From Thermoanaerobaculia bacterium (lineage in GTDB: Bacteria; Acidobacteriota; Thermoanaerobaculia; Multivoradales; JAHEKO01), in contig CAMYLC010000008.1 of assembly GCA_947259195.1 (NCBI GenBank), positions 52,694-116,693 on the forward strand: a stretch of 64,000 bases of DNA, written 5' to 3'. Position numbers and translations under genes: made by a program. The notes below the pieces were generated by a model. It was not told the origin of the DNA. It saw nothing but the letters and a program-made list of their open reading frames with translations, and did not search any database. This document shows, piece by piece, positions 1 to 8,687 of this stretch (position 1 is its first letter; each line of letters starts with the position of its first letter).

Positions 1-116
1 CGGCGCAGAAGCCTGAAAGCAAGAATCCACGAGGGGAATCCGTCTAAACGCGTTGACGGCCCAAAGAGGCATTCGCTAGCATCGCATCCCTGCTGCGGAG
101 GAACCCGAGTCGCGAT

Positions 117-145
117 TCGCCAGCCGTCTGAAGAGCGACTAGTAT
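117..145 (+). promoter_or_regulatory. Candidate sigma-70-type promoter upstream of recA (TCGCCA-N17-TAGTAT)
   Basis: TCGCCA at 117-122, a 17-nt spacer, then TAGTAT at 140-145, about 60 nt upstream of the recA ATG. The same -35-like hexamer TCGCCA occurs in the candidate promoter at 51711-51739. Pattern match only. Confidence 0.25.
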
Positions 146-203
146 AGCCTTCGTACTTCGTTCAAGACCGGTACCTGGCAGCAGCATCTCAGGAGTTGAA
201 CTC

Positions 204-1241
204 ATGGCAGACAAATCGTCCGACAAGCTGAAAGCCATCGACAGCGCCCTGACCCAGATCGAGCGCCAATTCGGCAAGGGTTCCATCATGCGCCTCGGCC
301 AGAAAGAGGCCCTGGCGATCCCAGTCGTGCCGACCGGGTCGCTGGCTGTGGACTATGCGATAGGCACAGGCGGCCTGCCGCGAGGCCGGGTGGTAGAGAT
401 CTACGGCCCCGAGTCCTCCGGCAAGACCACCTTGGCTCTTTCCGTCGTCGGCCAGGCGCAGAAAGCAGGTGGCGTCGCGGCATTCATCGACGCCGAGCAC
501 GCCCTGGATGCGGAGTACGCCGGGAAGCTGGGTGTCGACATCGACAACCTCCTGGTCTCTCAACCCGACTTTGGTGAGCAGGCCCTGGAGATCGCCGAAT
601 TGCTGGTCCGCAGCAATTCTGTCGATGTGATCGTCATCGATTCAGTGGCCGCGCTGGTGCCCCGCGCCGAGCTGGAAGGAGAGATGGGAGACTCCCACGT
701 CGGCCTACACGCCCGACTCATGTCCCAGGCCCTGCGCAAGCTCACCGCCATCGTCGCCAAGTCCAAGACCTGCCTGATCTTCATCAACCAGATTCGCGAA
801 AAGATCGGTGTCATGTTCGGCAGCCCCGAGACCACCACCGGTGGTCGGGCGCTGAAGTTCTACTCTTCGGTCCGTCTGGACATCCGAAGAATCGCCGCCA
901 TCAAGGACGGTGACCAGGTCGTTGGTGCTAGGTGCAAGGTCAAAGTGGTCAAGAACAAGGTGGCGGCCCCCTTTCGCCTGGGGGAGTTCGACATCGACTA
1001 CGGCGACGGCATATCACGCGTCGGCGAGCTGGTCGATCTCGGGGTCCAGTACAACATGGTCGGCAAGAGCGGTGCCTGGTACAACTACGGAGACATCCGC
1101 CTGGGACAGGGCCGAGAGAACTCCAAGCAGTTCCTGCGCGACAATCCCGATCTGGCCGATGAGATCGAGGCCGCGCTGAGGGTGGAACTCGGGTTGCCAC
1201 CGTCGATCGTGCCTGAGGCCGCGACCGAAGAGGAGGCCTAG
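204..1241 (+). CDS. recA: Recombinase RecA
   Basis: 345-aa ORF with full-length RecA pattern: Walker [56 protein letters not shown] lies 8 nt upstream of the ATG. Confidence 0.97.
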   Translation: MADKSSDKLKAIDSALTQIERQFGKGSIMRLGQKEALAIPVVPTGSLAVDYAIGTGGLPRGRVVEIYGPESSGKTTLALSVVGQAQKAGGVAAFIDAEHALDAEYAGKLGVDIDNLLVSQPDFGEQALEIAELLVRSNSVDVIVIDSVAALVPRAELEGEMGDSHVGLHARLMSQALRKLTAIVAKSKTCLIFINQIREKIGVMFGSPETTTGGRALKFYSSVRLDIRRIAAIKDGDQVVGARCKVKVVKNKVAAPFRLGEFDIDYGDGISRVGELVDLGVQYNMVGKSGAWYNYGDIRLGQGRENSKQFLRDNPDLADEIEAALRVELGLPPSIVPEAATEEEA

Positions 1242-1271
1242 GCCCTGCCGGCGAGCCTAAGACGCCAATGG

Positions 1272-3200
1272 ATGTGCTGCGCACTCGCGGCGCTCGGCCT
1301 GCTGGCCGTGCAACCGGGTGTAGCCGCTGAATTGGAGCTCGAGACCCCCAGCGCAAGTCTCAGCGGGCTGCCGCTTTCCTTTACTGTTCAGATCGGTGGC
1401 ATCGCGGATGGTGAATCGGTCCTGGTCGAAACGAACCTCGACGGCCACCCAGTCGATCGGCGGAGCCTGGTCGGTGGCGAACACGAGCTCGTCCTCGACG
1501 ATGTCAGGCTTTCCGCCGGTAGCCACAGCCTTCTGCTCACAGCAAATGGAGACCAGGCAGACGCCTCGGTCCGGGTGATACCCGCCTGGATCTCGGTTCT
1601 GCCACCGCTGGTCGCGATCGGCCTCGCCCTGATAACAAAAGAAGTACTGCTCTCTTTGTTTCTGGGGATTTTCTCGGGCGCCCTGTTCATTTACAACTGG
1701 CAACCGCTGACAGCGCTGGCTCGCACGATCGATCACTATATCGCTCCTGCCGTCGCCAACCCAGACCAGGCTGCCATCCTGGTGTTCACCACCCTCTTGG
1801 GTGGCATGGTCGGCTTGATCACCAGGAGTGGCGGTCTCACGGGAATCGTGGACCGAATCAAACCGTTTGCCACAAATCCACGGCGCGGACAGTTCGCCAC
1901 CTGGGCGCTGGGTGTCGTGATCTTCTTCGACGACTATGCCAACGTCCTGATCGTCGGATCTACCATGCGTCCGGTGACCGATCGACTGAAGATCAGCCGC
2001 GAGAAGCTGGCCTATATCGTCGACTCCACCGCGGCACCGGTCGCCAGCGTCTTTCCCATCTCGTCCTGGATCGGCTTCGAGGTCGGGCTCATCGCCGCCG
2101 CGTTCGTCGCCGTGGATCTACCCTTCAACGCCTATACGACGTTCGTGGCTTCAATTCCCTACCGCTTCTACCCGATCTTCGCCCTGGTCCTGGGTTTCAC
2201 CATCGCGGTGTCGGGAAGGGACTTCGGTCCAATGCTCAAGGCGGAGCGCCGAGCCCGAAGGACCGGCAAGCTGCTGGCTGACGACGCGGTGCCTCTCGCC
2301 AACTTCAATACGGAGATTCTCGAACCGTGCCTGGAAGCACCCAAGAGAGCTTTCAACGCCTTGGTACCCATCCTCGCAGTCATCGTGATCACGATCGCCG
2401 GGATGTACACCACCGGCAGCGCCGGGCTGGAGCGGGCGGACTTTCAGGACTCGGGAGCCTGGTTGCGGGAGGTTTTCGGTAATTCCGACAGTATCGCCGC
2501 CCTTTGCTGGGCGAGTCTGGGAGGAATGATCCTGGCGTTCGGGCTTGCACTGGTGCAGCGGATCTTCACCGTGCGCCAGGGCATCGGTGCCATGGTCGAG
2601 GGCTTCAAGTCTGTCTTCATGGCCTTGATCGTCCTGATCCTGGCCTGGTCGATCGGCGCGGTCTGCACCGAGCTGCATACGGCGGACTACCTGGTCGCGC
2701 TGGCCCGGGGAGTGATCTCCCCCCAGTGGTTTCCAGTCTTGATCTTCCTCCTCTCAGCTGCCGTGTCCTTTGCCACGGGGACCGCTTGGGGGACCCTCGG
2801 CATCCTCATGCCTCTCGTGGTCCCAATCGCCCACGGGCTTTCCATCAACTCCGGTCTGGCCCTTGGCAGCGAGGGCTACGCCACGGTACTGGTGGGCACG
2901 ATATCCTCCGTTCTGGCTGGCAGTGTCTGGGGAGACCACTGCTCCCCCATCTCCGATACCACGATCCTGTCCAGCACGGCTGCCGGCTCCGACCACATCG
3001 CACACGTTCGAACTCAGCTGCCTTACGCCTTGAGCATGGGCTTCCTGGGAATGCTGATCGGAGACATCCCCACCGCCTTCGGCATGAGCCCATGGATCTC
3101 TCTGATCCTGGGCACCGTGGTGATCGTAGGTGGGGTACTCTGGCTGGGTCAAAAGGTATCGGATTCGTCTCCGGAAGCGAGAGAGGGAGCCGAATCCTGA
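1272..3200 (+). CDS. NhaC-family Na+/H+ antiporter-like membrane transporter with an extra ~100-aa N-terminal extracytoplasmic segment
   Basis: 642-aa ORF with many hydrophobic helices. NhaC-type motifs by eye: FFDDYANVLIVGSTMRPVTD, IVDSTAAPVASV, WGDHCSPISDTTILSS. Signal-like N-terminus followed by a non-membrane segment. Starts 30 nt after recA. Confidence 0.7.
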   Translation: MCCALAALGLLAVQPGVAAELELETPSASLSGLPLSFTVQIGGIADGESVLVETNLDGHPVDRRSLVGGEHELVLDDVRLSAGSHSLLLTANGDQADASVRVIPAWISVLPPLVAIGLALITKEVLLSLFLGIFSGALFIYNWQPLTALARTIDHYIAPAVANPDQAAILVFTTLLGGMVGLITRSGGLTGIVDRIKPFATNPRRGQFATWALGVVIFFDDYANVLIVGSTMRPVTDRLKISREKLAYIVDSTAAPVASVFPISSWIGFEVGLIAAAFVAVDLPFNAYTTFVASIPYRFYPIFALVLGFTIAVSGRDFGPMLKAERRARRTGKLLADDAVPLANFNTEILEPCLEAPKRAFNALVPILAVIVITIAGMYTTGSAGLERADFQDSGAWLREVFGNSDSIAALCWASLGGMILAFGLALVQRIFTVRQGIGAMVEGFKSVFMALIVLILAWSIGAVCTELHTADYLVALARGVISPQWFPVLIFLLSAAVSFATGTAWGTLGILMPLVVPIAHGLSINSGLALGSEGYATVLVGTISSVLAGSVWGDHCSPISDTTILSSTAAGSDHIAHVRTQLPYALSMGFLGMLIGDIPTAFGMSPWISLILGTVVIVGGVLWLGQKVSDSSPEAREGAES

Positions 3201-3323
3201 CCTCGATGGCACTCACGAACCGCCTTCTGAGATGATCAAAGAACGAGCTACGCCGGTATCAGCCTGAGTCGAAGTCCGGCGCATCGAGCTGAACTGAACT
3301 GCCAGAAGAGGCTTCCCGCAACC

Positions 3324-6290
3324 ATGTGGTCGTCGTCATCGCAACCGATCGCGTCGAATCGAGTCCTCCGGGCCTCGGTGCAGGCAATCTGGAGCCTCAC
3401 CCTGGCGTTGGGCGCGCCTGCGGCGCAGGCCGCGGCGCCGGCCTGCAGTCCCTGTGCGGGAATCCGCACCGGCGAACCGGCAAGTCTGCTACCACAGCTG
3501 CTCGAGGAACCCCGGATCGAGGATGGGGCCACTCTCTTCGTCGCCTGGTCCGTCGAGCTCACGGAGGCCGCTACAGCCAGGCCCGCCCGGGAGATCGCGG
3601 CTAGCGGAGCCACTCCTTTGTTGGGCCTGGAGTTCCGCACACCGGCACCCTTGATCGAGCACCTCGACAGGCTCGAGAGCGAGCTAGAGGTCGCTTCGCG
3701 CCTGGCACAGGAGGCGGGCCCTGGAACCCAATTCCAAGTCCTATGGCACCCTGCCGACTCGACCCAAGAGGAGCTCGACCCTGAGCAGTACTCTTTCCTG
3801 TTGAAGCGGGCCACGGTCACGCTGACAGGCGCCCTGCCCGACTCCAGCGTCTTTTCCCATCCCATGCTTCCCAACCGGGAGTCACTGCGCCGACTCTTCG
3901 AGCAGGATGTCTCTGCCTATCTGGACGGGATCGTCCTGCAGCCCGTCGATCCAGTGGAGCTCCGCCAGCTCACCGAGCTGCTTACCGAGCTCGATCCGGG
4001 CAAGCCTGTCGTCGTGGAAGCACAGCCCTTCCCCGACCCGGCAGAGCTCACTCTCTCTCAGGCGGCCCGCAACACTGTGGCCGGCGCCTCGATGACCCTG
4101 TTCCAGCAGCCCGAAGGCGACTTGCCGAACCTGAAACCGCTAGAGATCCTGGCTCTTGAATTCAAAGGCGACCTCTCGTACGACCCCTACTCCACCCCAT
4201 TCGGCAATGCCGAGGCCTGGACATTCGTGCGTGGTGAGGATCTAGGATTGCGCGTTATTGTCGAACACGAAGCCGACTCGACCGAGGCGGCAGTCACCTT
4301 TTCGGATACCAGCCTCCGTCAGCCATCCCTGGTCGACCTTCAGACTGGCCTGAGCTTGGGACTGTATGGCGGACTGAGAGGCAGGCAGGGACTGGAGCTC
4401 CGATGGGAGCCAGGACGGCGAGTGAGCCTCCTGCAACTGGAGAGGCTGACGGTTGCCGAGCGTGAAGGAGATCGGAGCCTCGAGGACGAGCTGACGGTGG
4501 TCTCGGAGAGGTCGCTGCCGGTCGAGGAGATCCTACGTCGCCTGCAGGCCGTCGAAGACGCGCAGTCCAGAAGGCTCGAGAACTACCTGGGAGTCAATAC
4601 GACCCACCTACGCTTCGAGTTCGGCACTCAGGGTGTGGAGGTCACCTTCGAAGGGCGTCTCTTCTACCAGCGAGGTGAGGGATATGACTGGGCCTGGGAG
4701 CGGTTCCTCGTCAACGGCCTGAAATGGAAGGGCAGGAAGATGCCGCAGATCCCGCTGATTCAGCCGGAGCGCGCGGCGAACCTGCCTCTCGAGATCGCCT
4801 TCACACGCGACTACAGCTATCAGCTCAGGGGAACGGCCACCATTGACGATCGTGACTGCTGGGTGGTGGATTTTCGCCCCCGGATCACCGATTCGGACAA
4901 GAGCCTCTTCCGCGGTACGGTCTGGATCGATCGCGAGTTGTACGTGCGAGTGCGCTCTCGGAGCGTACAGCTGGGCCTGGAAGGCGATGTCGTTTCCAAC
5001 GAGGAGACCATCCACTACAGTCCCATCGAGGTTACGGGCCAACCCGCCGAGTGGCAAACAGGGAGTTACTGGCTGCCCCTGCGTATGGTCAGCCAGCAAA
5101 TCTGGTCGATCTTCAACACCACGACCGTGGTCGAGAAGGAGACTCTGCTGAGCCAGGTCCAGATCAACACTCCGAGCCTGGAAGCCGAGCGCACGGCGGC
5201 GCTGGAGTCCGACGCCACGATGGTTCGTGAGACTTCAGAGGGTCTTCGCTACCTGGTGACGGACAAGAAAACCGGCGAGAGAGTCGTCCGGGAAAAGCTC
5301 AATCCAAGTCGCCTGTTCCTGGTCGGCGGTGTCCTTCACGACGACTCTCTCGACTACCCGCTCCCGCTGCTCGGAGTCGACTACTTCACCCTGGACTTAC
5401 TTGGCACCGGTGCTCAGTTCAATGCGTTCTTCGGCGGCGCGCTAGTCAACGCCAGCCTCGCTGATACCAACGTGATGAGCTCGAACTTCAGCGCCTCGTC
5501 GGATCTGTTCCTCGTCGCCGTCCCTTTCACGGACACGCTTTATACACAGGGTGAGGAGCTCAAGGCCTTCGACGTCCGGGAGCGGCCGGCTAGCATCGAT
5601 GCCGAGCTCGGCCACCTGATCGGTGCCTTCACCAAGGTCAACCTGCAGTACGAGCTGCGGCACAGCGCCTACAGCCGGGCGGATGACACGGCGGAGGAAT
5701 TCGTCCTTCCGCAGGACCACTTCACCAATGAGCTCGGCCTTCGGGTCACCTACACCCGCGGTGGCTATCGATTCAAGGTGACGGGCAGTTATTCGAATCG
5801 GTCCAGCTGGGAGCCGTGGGGCATTCCCGACTCCGGCGAGTACGACCCGGCGACCAAGGACTACCTGAAATGGGGAGGCTCCATCGCCAAGACCTTCCAC
5901 CTGCCTCGATTCCGCAAGTTCGGGGTGCAGCTCGAGTACGTCGATGGCCAGGACTTGGACCGTTTCAGCAAGTACCAGTTCGGCTCGTTCAGCAAGATCC
6001 GGGTGCACGGCTTTCAGAACGGCAAGATCCGGGCAGAATCCGCCACGGCCTTGAATTTGAGCTACGGCATCGAGTTGGGTGAGCTGTTCCGTCTCGAGGC
6101 CCTCGGCGACTTTGCGCTGGCCAATGACAGGGCGGAGGGGTTCGATCAGGAGCCACTTGGAGGACTGGGTATCGCCGGCACGATCGTCGGCCCCTGGAAG
6201 ACTCTGGTGCGGCTCGATGCAGGCGTGCCGGTGGTCGGGCCCGACGACGGCTTCACCCTCTTTCTCACCTTTCTCAAGATGTTCAAATAG
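3324..6290 (+). CDS. Large secreted outer-membrane protein: unknown N-terminal region, LolA-like domain and Omp85-like C-terminal beta-barrel
   Basis: 988-aa ORF with a signal-like N-terminus (LTLALGAPAAQAAA). The central part has a LolA-like / lipoprotein-sorting signature (DYSYQLRGTATIDDRDCWVVDFRPR...LFRGTVWIDRELYV). The C-terminal ~340 aa has alternating amphipathic strands, a loop-6-like motif SKIRVHGF (compare Omp85 VRGF/Y) and a terminal LFLTFLKMFK. Confidence 0.75.
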   Translation: MWSSSSQPIASNRVLRASVQAIWSLTLALGAPAAQAAAPACSPCAGIRTGEPASLLPQLLEEPRIEDGATLFVAWSVELTEAATARPAREIAASGATPLLGLEFRTPAPLIEHLDRLESELEVASRLAQEAGPGTQFQVLWHPADSTQEELDPEQYSFLLKRATVTLTGALPDSSVFSHPMLPNRESLRRLFEQDVSAYLDGIVLQPVDPVELRQLTELLTELDPGKPVVVEAQPFPDPAELTLSQAARNTVAGASMTLFQQPEGDLPNLKPLEILALEFKGDLSYDPYSTPFGNAEAWTFVRGEDLGLRVIVEHEADSTEAAVTFSDTSLRQPSLVDLQTGLSLGLYGGLRGRQGLELRWEPGRRVSLLQLERLTVAEREGDRSLEDELTVVSERSLPVEEILRRLQAVEDAQSRRLENYLGVNTTHLRFEFGTQGVEVTFEGRLFYQRGEGYDWAWERFLVNGLKWKGRKMPQIPLIQPERAANLPLEIAFTRDYSYQLRGTATIDDRDCWVVDFRPRITDSDKSLFRGTVWIDRELYVRVRSRSVQLGLEGDVVSNEETIHYSPIEVTGQPAEWQTGSYWLPLRMVSQQIWSIFNTTTVVEKETLLSQVQINTPSLEAERTAALESDATMVRETSEGLRYLVTDKKTGERVVREKLNPSRLFLVGGVLHDDSLDYPLPLLGVDYFTLDLLGTGAQFNAFFGGALVNASLADTNVMSSNFSASSDLFLVAVPFTDTLYTQGEELKAFDVRERPASIDAELGHLIGAFTKVNLQYELRHSAYSRADDTAEEFVLPQDHFTNELGLRVTYTRGGYRFKVTGSYSNRSSWEPWGIPDSGEYDPATKDYLKWGGSIAKTFHLPRFRKFGVQLEYVDGQDLDRFSKYQFGSFSKIRVHGFQNGKIRAESATALNLSYGIELGELFRLEALGDFALANDRAEGFDQEPLGGLGIAGTIVGPWKTLVRLDAGVPVVGPDDGFTLFLTFLKMFK

Positions 6291-6309
6291 TTGGCAGAGC
6301 TCGCCACCC

Positions 6310-6606
6310 ATGCACGACGAAATCGGGCCAGAACCACCCATCGAGCTCACTCTCACCGACGTCCTGGATCTCCACAGCTTTCCCCCTTCAGAAGTCGCCG
6401 ACCTGGTCCGCGACTACCTGGGGGTCGCCCTGGAGAACAACTGGCGCCGGGTGCGCATCATCCATGGCAAGGGGAAGGGAGTCCAGCGACAGACCGTTCG
6501 GAAGATCCTCGAGCGAGATCCACGCGTCGCCTCCTTTGGCGACGCCTCTGGCGAGGCTGGAGGATGGGGGGCCACACTGGTCGTCCTTCACGGACCGTCC
6601 GCATGA
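6310..6606 (+). CDS. Smr (small MutS-related) domain protein
   Basis: Internal ATG at 6310 of track ORF 6079..6606; the upstream part of that ORF overlaps the preceding gene. 98 aa with Smr pattern LDLHSF...VRIIHGKGKGVQRQTVRKILE. Confidence 0.8.
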   Translation: MHDEIGPEPPIELTLTDVLDLHSFPPSEVADLVRDYLGVALENNWRRVRIIHGKGKGVQRQTVRKILERDPRVASFGDASGEAGGWGATLVVLHGPSA

Positions 6607-6648
6607 GTCCTCGGCCATCGACCCTTGGTGGTAGGGTGATTCTCGAAC

Positions 6649-8469
6649 GTGACTGAAGGCTCTTCGCCGCTCCCGCCTTTCTTGCGCCGCACCTGGCATC
6701 GCTTCCGGTCGATGGTCGGGAGGGTGCCTGCCGATTTCTTCTTTTCTCCCAACTACCTCGTCGATCTTGGGGGGTCCCCGATCGACATCCACCGCAGCGA
6801 GCGCATCCTGGACTTCCTGCTGGCCGAGAACCTGCTCGAGGCTGGACAGGTCCATCAGCCTGTGACGGCTTCTCTGCAGGACCTCCGCTTGGCTCACTCC
6901 GCTGCCTATCTCGCTGCTTTGCGCGAGCCCGAGTCTCTCACCGATATTGTCGGCATGGAGATCTGGCCTACCCTGCACGAGCGAGCGCTCCAGGCCCAGC
7001 GAGCCGCAACCGGCGGTACTCTCGCGGCAACCCGGTTAGCCCTGGAAGGTGAGCGGATCGCGGTGAATCTGGGAGGCGGCTTCCACCATGCCGGAATCCA
7101 CTCGGGCAAGGGTTTCTGCATCTTCAACGATGTCGCCGTAGCCATCCGCCGGATCCGAGAAGAGGGCTTCGAGGAACCAATCCTGGTCGTCGATCTGGAT
7201 CTGCACGACGGCAACGGCACCCGTCAGATTTTCGCCGAAGACAGCTCAGTCTTCACCTTCTCGATTCACAATCGAGACTGGGACGACACATCGGCGCTGG
7301 CTTCGCTTTCGGTCGAGCTGGGCGACGACGTCGAGGATGCCGCGTACCTCGAGGCAATCGAATCGACTCTGCCGAGACTGATTCGAGAGGTAGAGCCTGA
7401 TCTGGTTTTCTATCTGGCCGGCACCGACCCAGCCTACGACGATCGCCTCGGGAACTGGTCCATAGGACCTCGGGGCATGCTCGACAGAGACCGCTTCGTC
7501 ATCGAGCAGACGCGATCTCGACGCGGGCTGGCCCTGGTTATGCTGCTGGCTGGTGGCTACGGTGGAGAGACTTGGCGCTACAGTGCCCGCTGTTTCTCCT
7601 GGCTGCTGAGCGGCGGCAGCGTCGTCGAGCCGCCGACTACCGAAGAGGTCACGTTGGCTCGCTATCGAAGTCTGGCACACCGCCTGGATGGCACCATAGC
7701 CAGGTCCGAATCAGCGAGTGACGACTGGAGTCTGACCGAGGCCGATCTCGTCGGATACCTCGACGTTGCGGGCCCGGACCAGCTCTTCCTCGGACATCTC
7801 TCGCTTCACGAAATGGAGCTCGTCCTCGAATGGACGGGGATCCTGGAACATCTCCGCAGGATGGGATTCTCCAACCCAAGACTGACCTTCGACTGTGGAG
7901 CAAGCTCGGGAGACACGCTGAGGATCTTCAGCGACCGCAACCGCGACGAGCTCCTGATGGAGCTGCGGGTCAGCTACGACCGACACTCGATCGCTTCGAT
8001 GGAGCTGCTGAGCCTCGAATGGCTCCTGCTGCAGAATCCACGCTCCGCGTTCTCCAATCAGCCTCCCTTGCCAGGACAGTCCTACCCGGGCCTCGGATTG
8101 CTGGGCGAAGTCGCCTCTCTTCTCATTTTGATCTGCGATCGCCTGCGCTTGGATGGCCTGATCTTCGTACCTTCCCACTTACACCTGGCTGTGAAAGGCA
8201 AGAAGTACCTGCGGTTTGTCGACCCGGTAGACGAGGCCTGGTTTCGGGCTGTGTACACAGCTGTCGCCGACCTCCCCTTGGCAGAAGGCTCCACCGCTGT
8301 TGCAGAGGGTCGCGTCGTCGACTCGGCGAGTGGGAGGGCAACGCGATGGCATCCCATGTCGATGGTGTTGCCGATCAGCGACCGACTGCACGATCTCGTG
8401 GAAGGAGAGGCCTACGAGTCGGCAGTCAAACAAGCCTCTGAAGGCCTCTCGTTCGAGCTCGCCCCCTGA
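6649..8469 (+). CDS. HDAC-family deacetylase (class IV / HDAC11-like signature) fused to an uncharacterised ~270-aa C-terminal domain
   Basis: 606-aa ORF with a GTG start. The N-terminal ~330 aa carries NLGGGFHHAGIHSGKGFCIFNDVAVAI and VVDLDLHDGNGTRQIF (zinc and active-site motifs). The C-terminal part (LTEADLVGYLD...LPGQSYPGLGLLGEV...FVPSHLHLAVKGKKYLRF) matches nothing I recognise. The start could instead be M22 (6712). Confidence 0.8.
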   Translation: MTEGSSPLPPFLRRTWHRFRSMVGRVPADFFFSPNYLVDLGGSPIDIHRSERILDFLLAENLLEAGQVHQPVTASLQDLRLAHSAAYLAALREPESLTDIVGMEIWPTLHERALQAQRAATGGTLAATRLALEGERIAVNLGGGFHHAGIHSGKGFCIFNDVAVAIRRIREEGFEEPILVVDLDLHDGNGTRQIFAEDSSVFTFSIHNRDWDDTSALASLSVELGDDVEDAAYLEAIESTLPRLIREVEPDLVFYLAGTDPAYDDRLGNWSIGPRGMLDRDRFVIEQTRSRRGLALVMLLAGGYGGETWRYSARCFSWLLSGGSVVEPPTTEEVTLARYRSLAHRLDGTIARSESASDDWSLTEADLVGYLDVAGPDQLFLGHLSLHEMELVLEWTGILEHLRRMGFSNPRLTFDCGASSGDTLRIFSDRNRDELLMELRVSYDRHSIASMELLSLEWLLLQNPRSAFSNQPPLPGQSYPGLGLLGEVASLLILICDRLRLDGLIFVPSHLHLAVKGKKYLRFVDPVDEAWFRAVYTAVADLPLAEGSTAVAEGRVVDSASGRATRWHPMSMVLPISDRLHDLVEGEAYESAVKQASEGLSFELAP

Positions 8470-8545
8470 GAAGCCGTCCCCGATTCCACCGATTCCCCCG
8501 CTACGCCCTTGCGCCCCTAAGCCCTTGTTGCCTTCACCGATGCCA

Positions 8546-8624
8546 GAGGTTCGTCCGGGGACCCCCAGGAGGCTTTCCTCCCTTCCGCTGCCAGAACCCC
8601 CTGGGAGCCTCCCGGACGAACCTC
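8546..8624. terminator. Long inverted repeat in a convergent intergenic region (possible bidirectional terminator or REP-like element)
   Basis: GAGGTTCGTCCGGG (8546-8559) is the perfect reverse complement of CCCGGACGAACCTC (8611-8624). The 51-nt spacer contains a direct near-repeat, ACCCCCAGGAGGCT / ACCCCCTGGGAGCCT. It lies between the 3' ends of the HDAC-fusion gene and the TRAP permease gene. No U-tract follows. Confidence 0.35.
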
Positions 8625-8687
8625 CGAACCTCTGCCTGATTCGATAGATGTACCAACGATCGGCGCAGGTCCGGCCACATCAAGACC

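Noticed and set aside
1-147. Open frame running in from the left edge (48 codons to a TAG at 145-147) as the 3' end of an upstream gene
   Set aside because: The translation (…[16 protein letters not shown]) matches nothing I recognise, and its third-position GC is lower than in the confident genes. I cannot support it from the sequence alone.
6079-6606. N-terminally extended versions of real genes in the track: 6079..6606, 10533..11801, 28357..29277, 35081..36691, 36316..37371, 46224..46658, 57044..58222, 59573..60331 and 60580..62226
   Set aside because: The upstream extensions overlap the preceding gene or non-coding DNA and lack homology-like sequence. Internal starts coincide with the expected N-termini, signal peptides or ATGA/GTGA coupling, so I trimmed them.
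8300-8647. 115-aa Pro-rich ORF in the HDAC/TRAP convergent spacer
   Set aside because: It is a low-complexity translation of C-rich non-coding DNA. It overlaps the 3' end of the HDAC-fusion gene and the inverted repeat.
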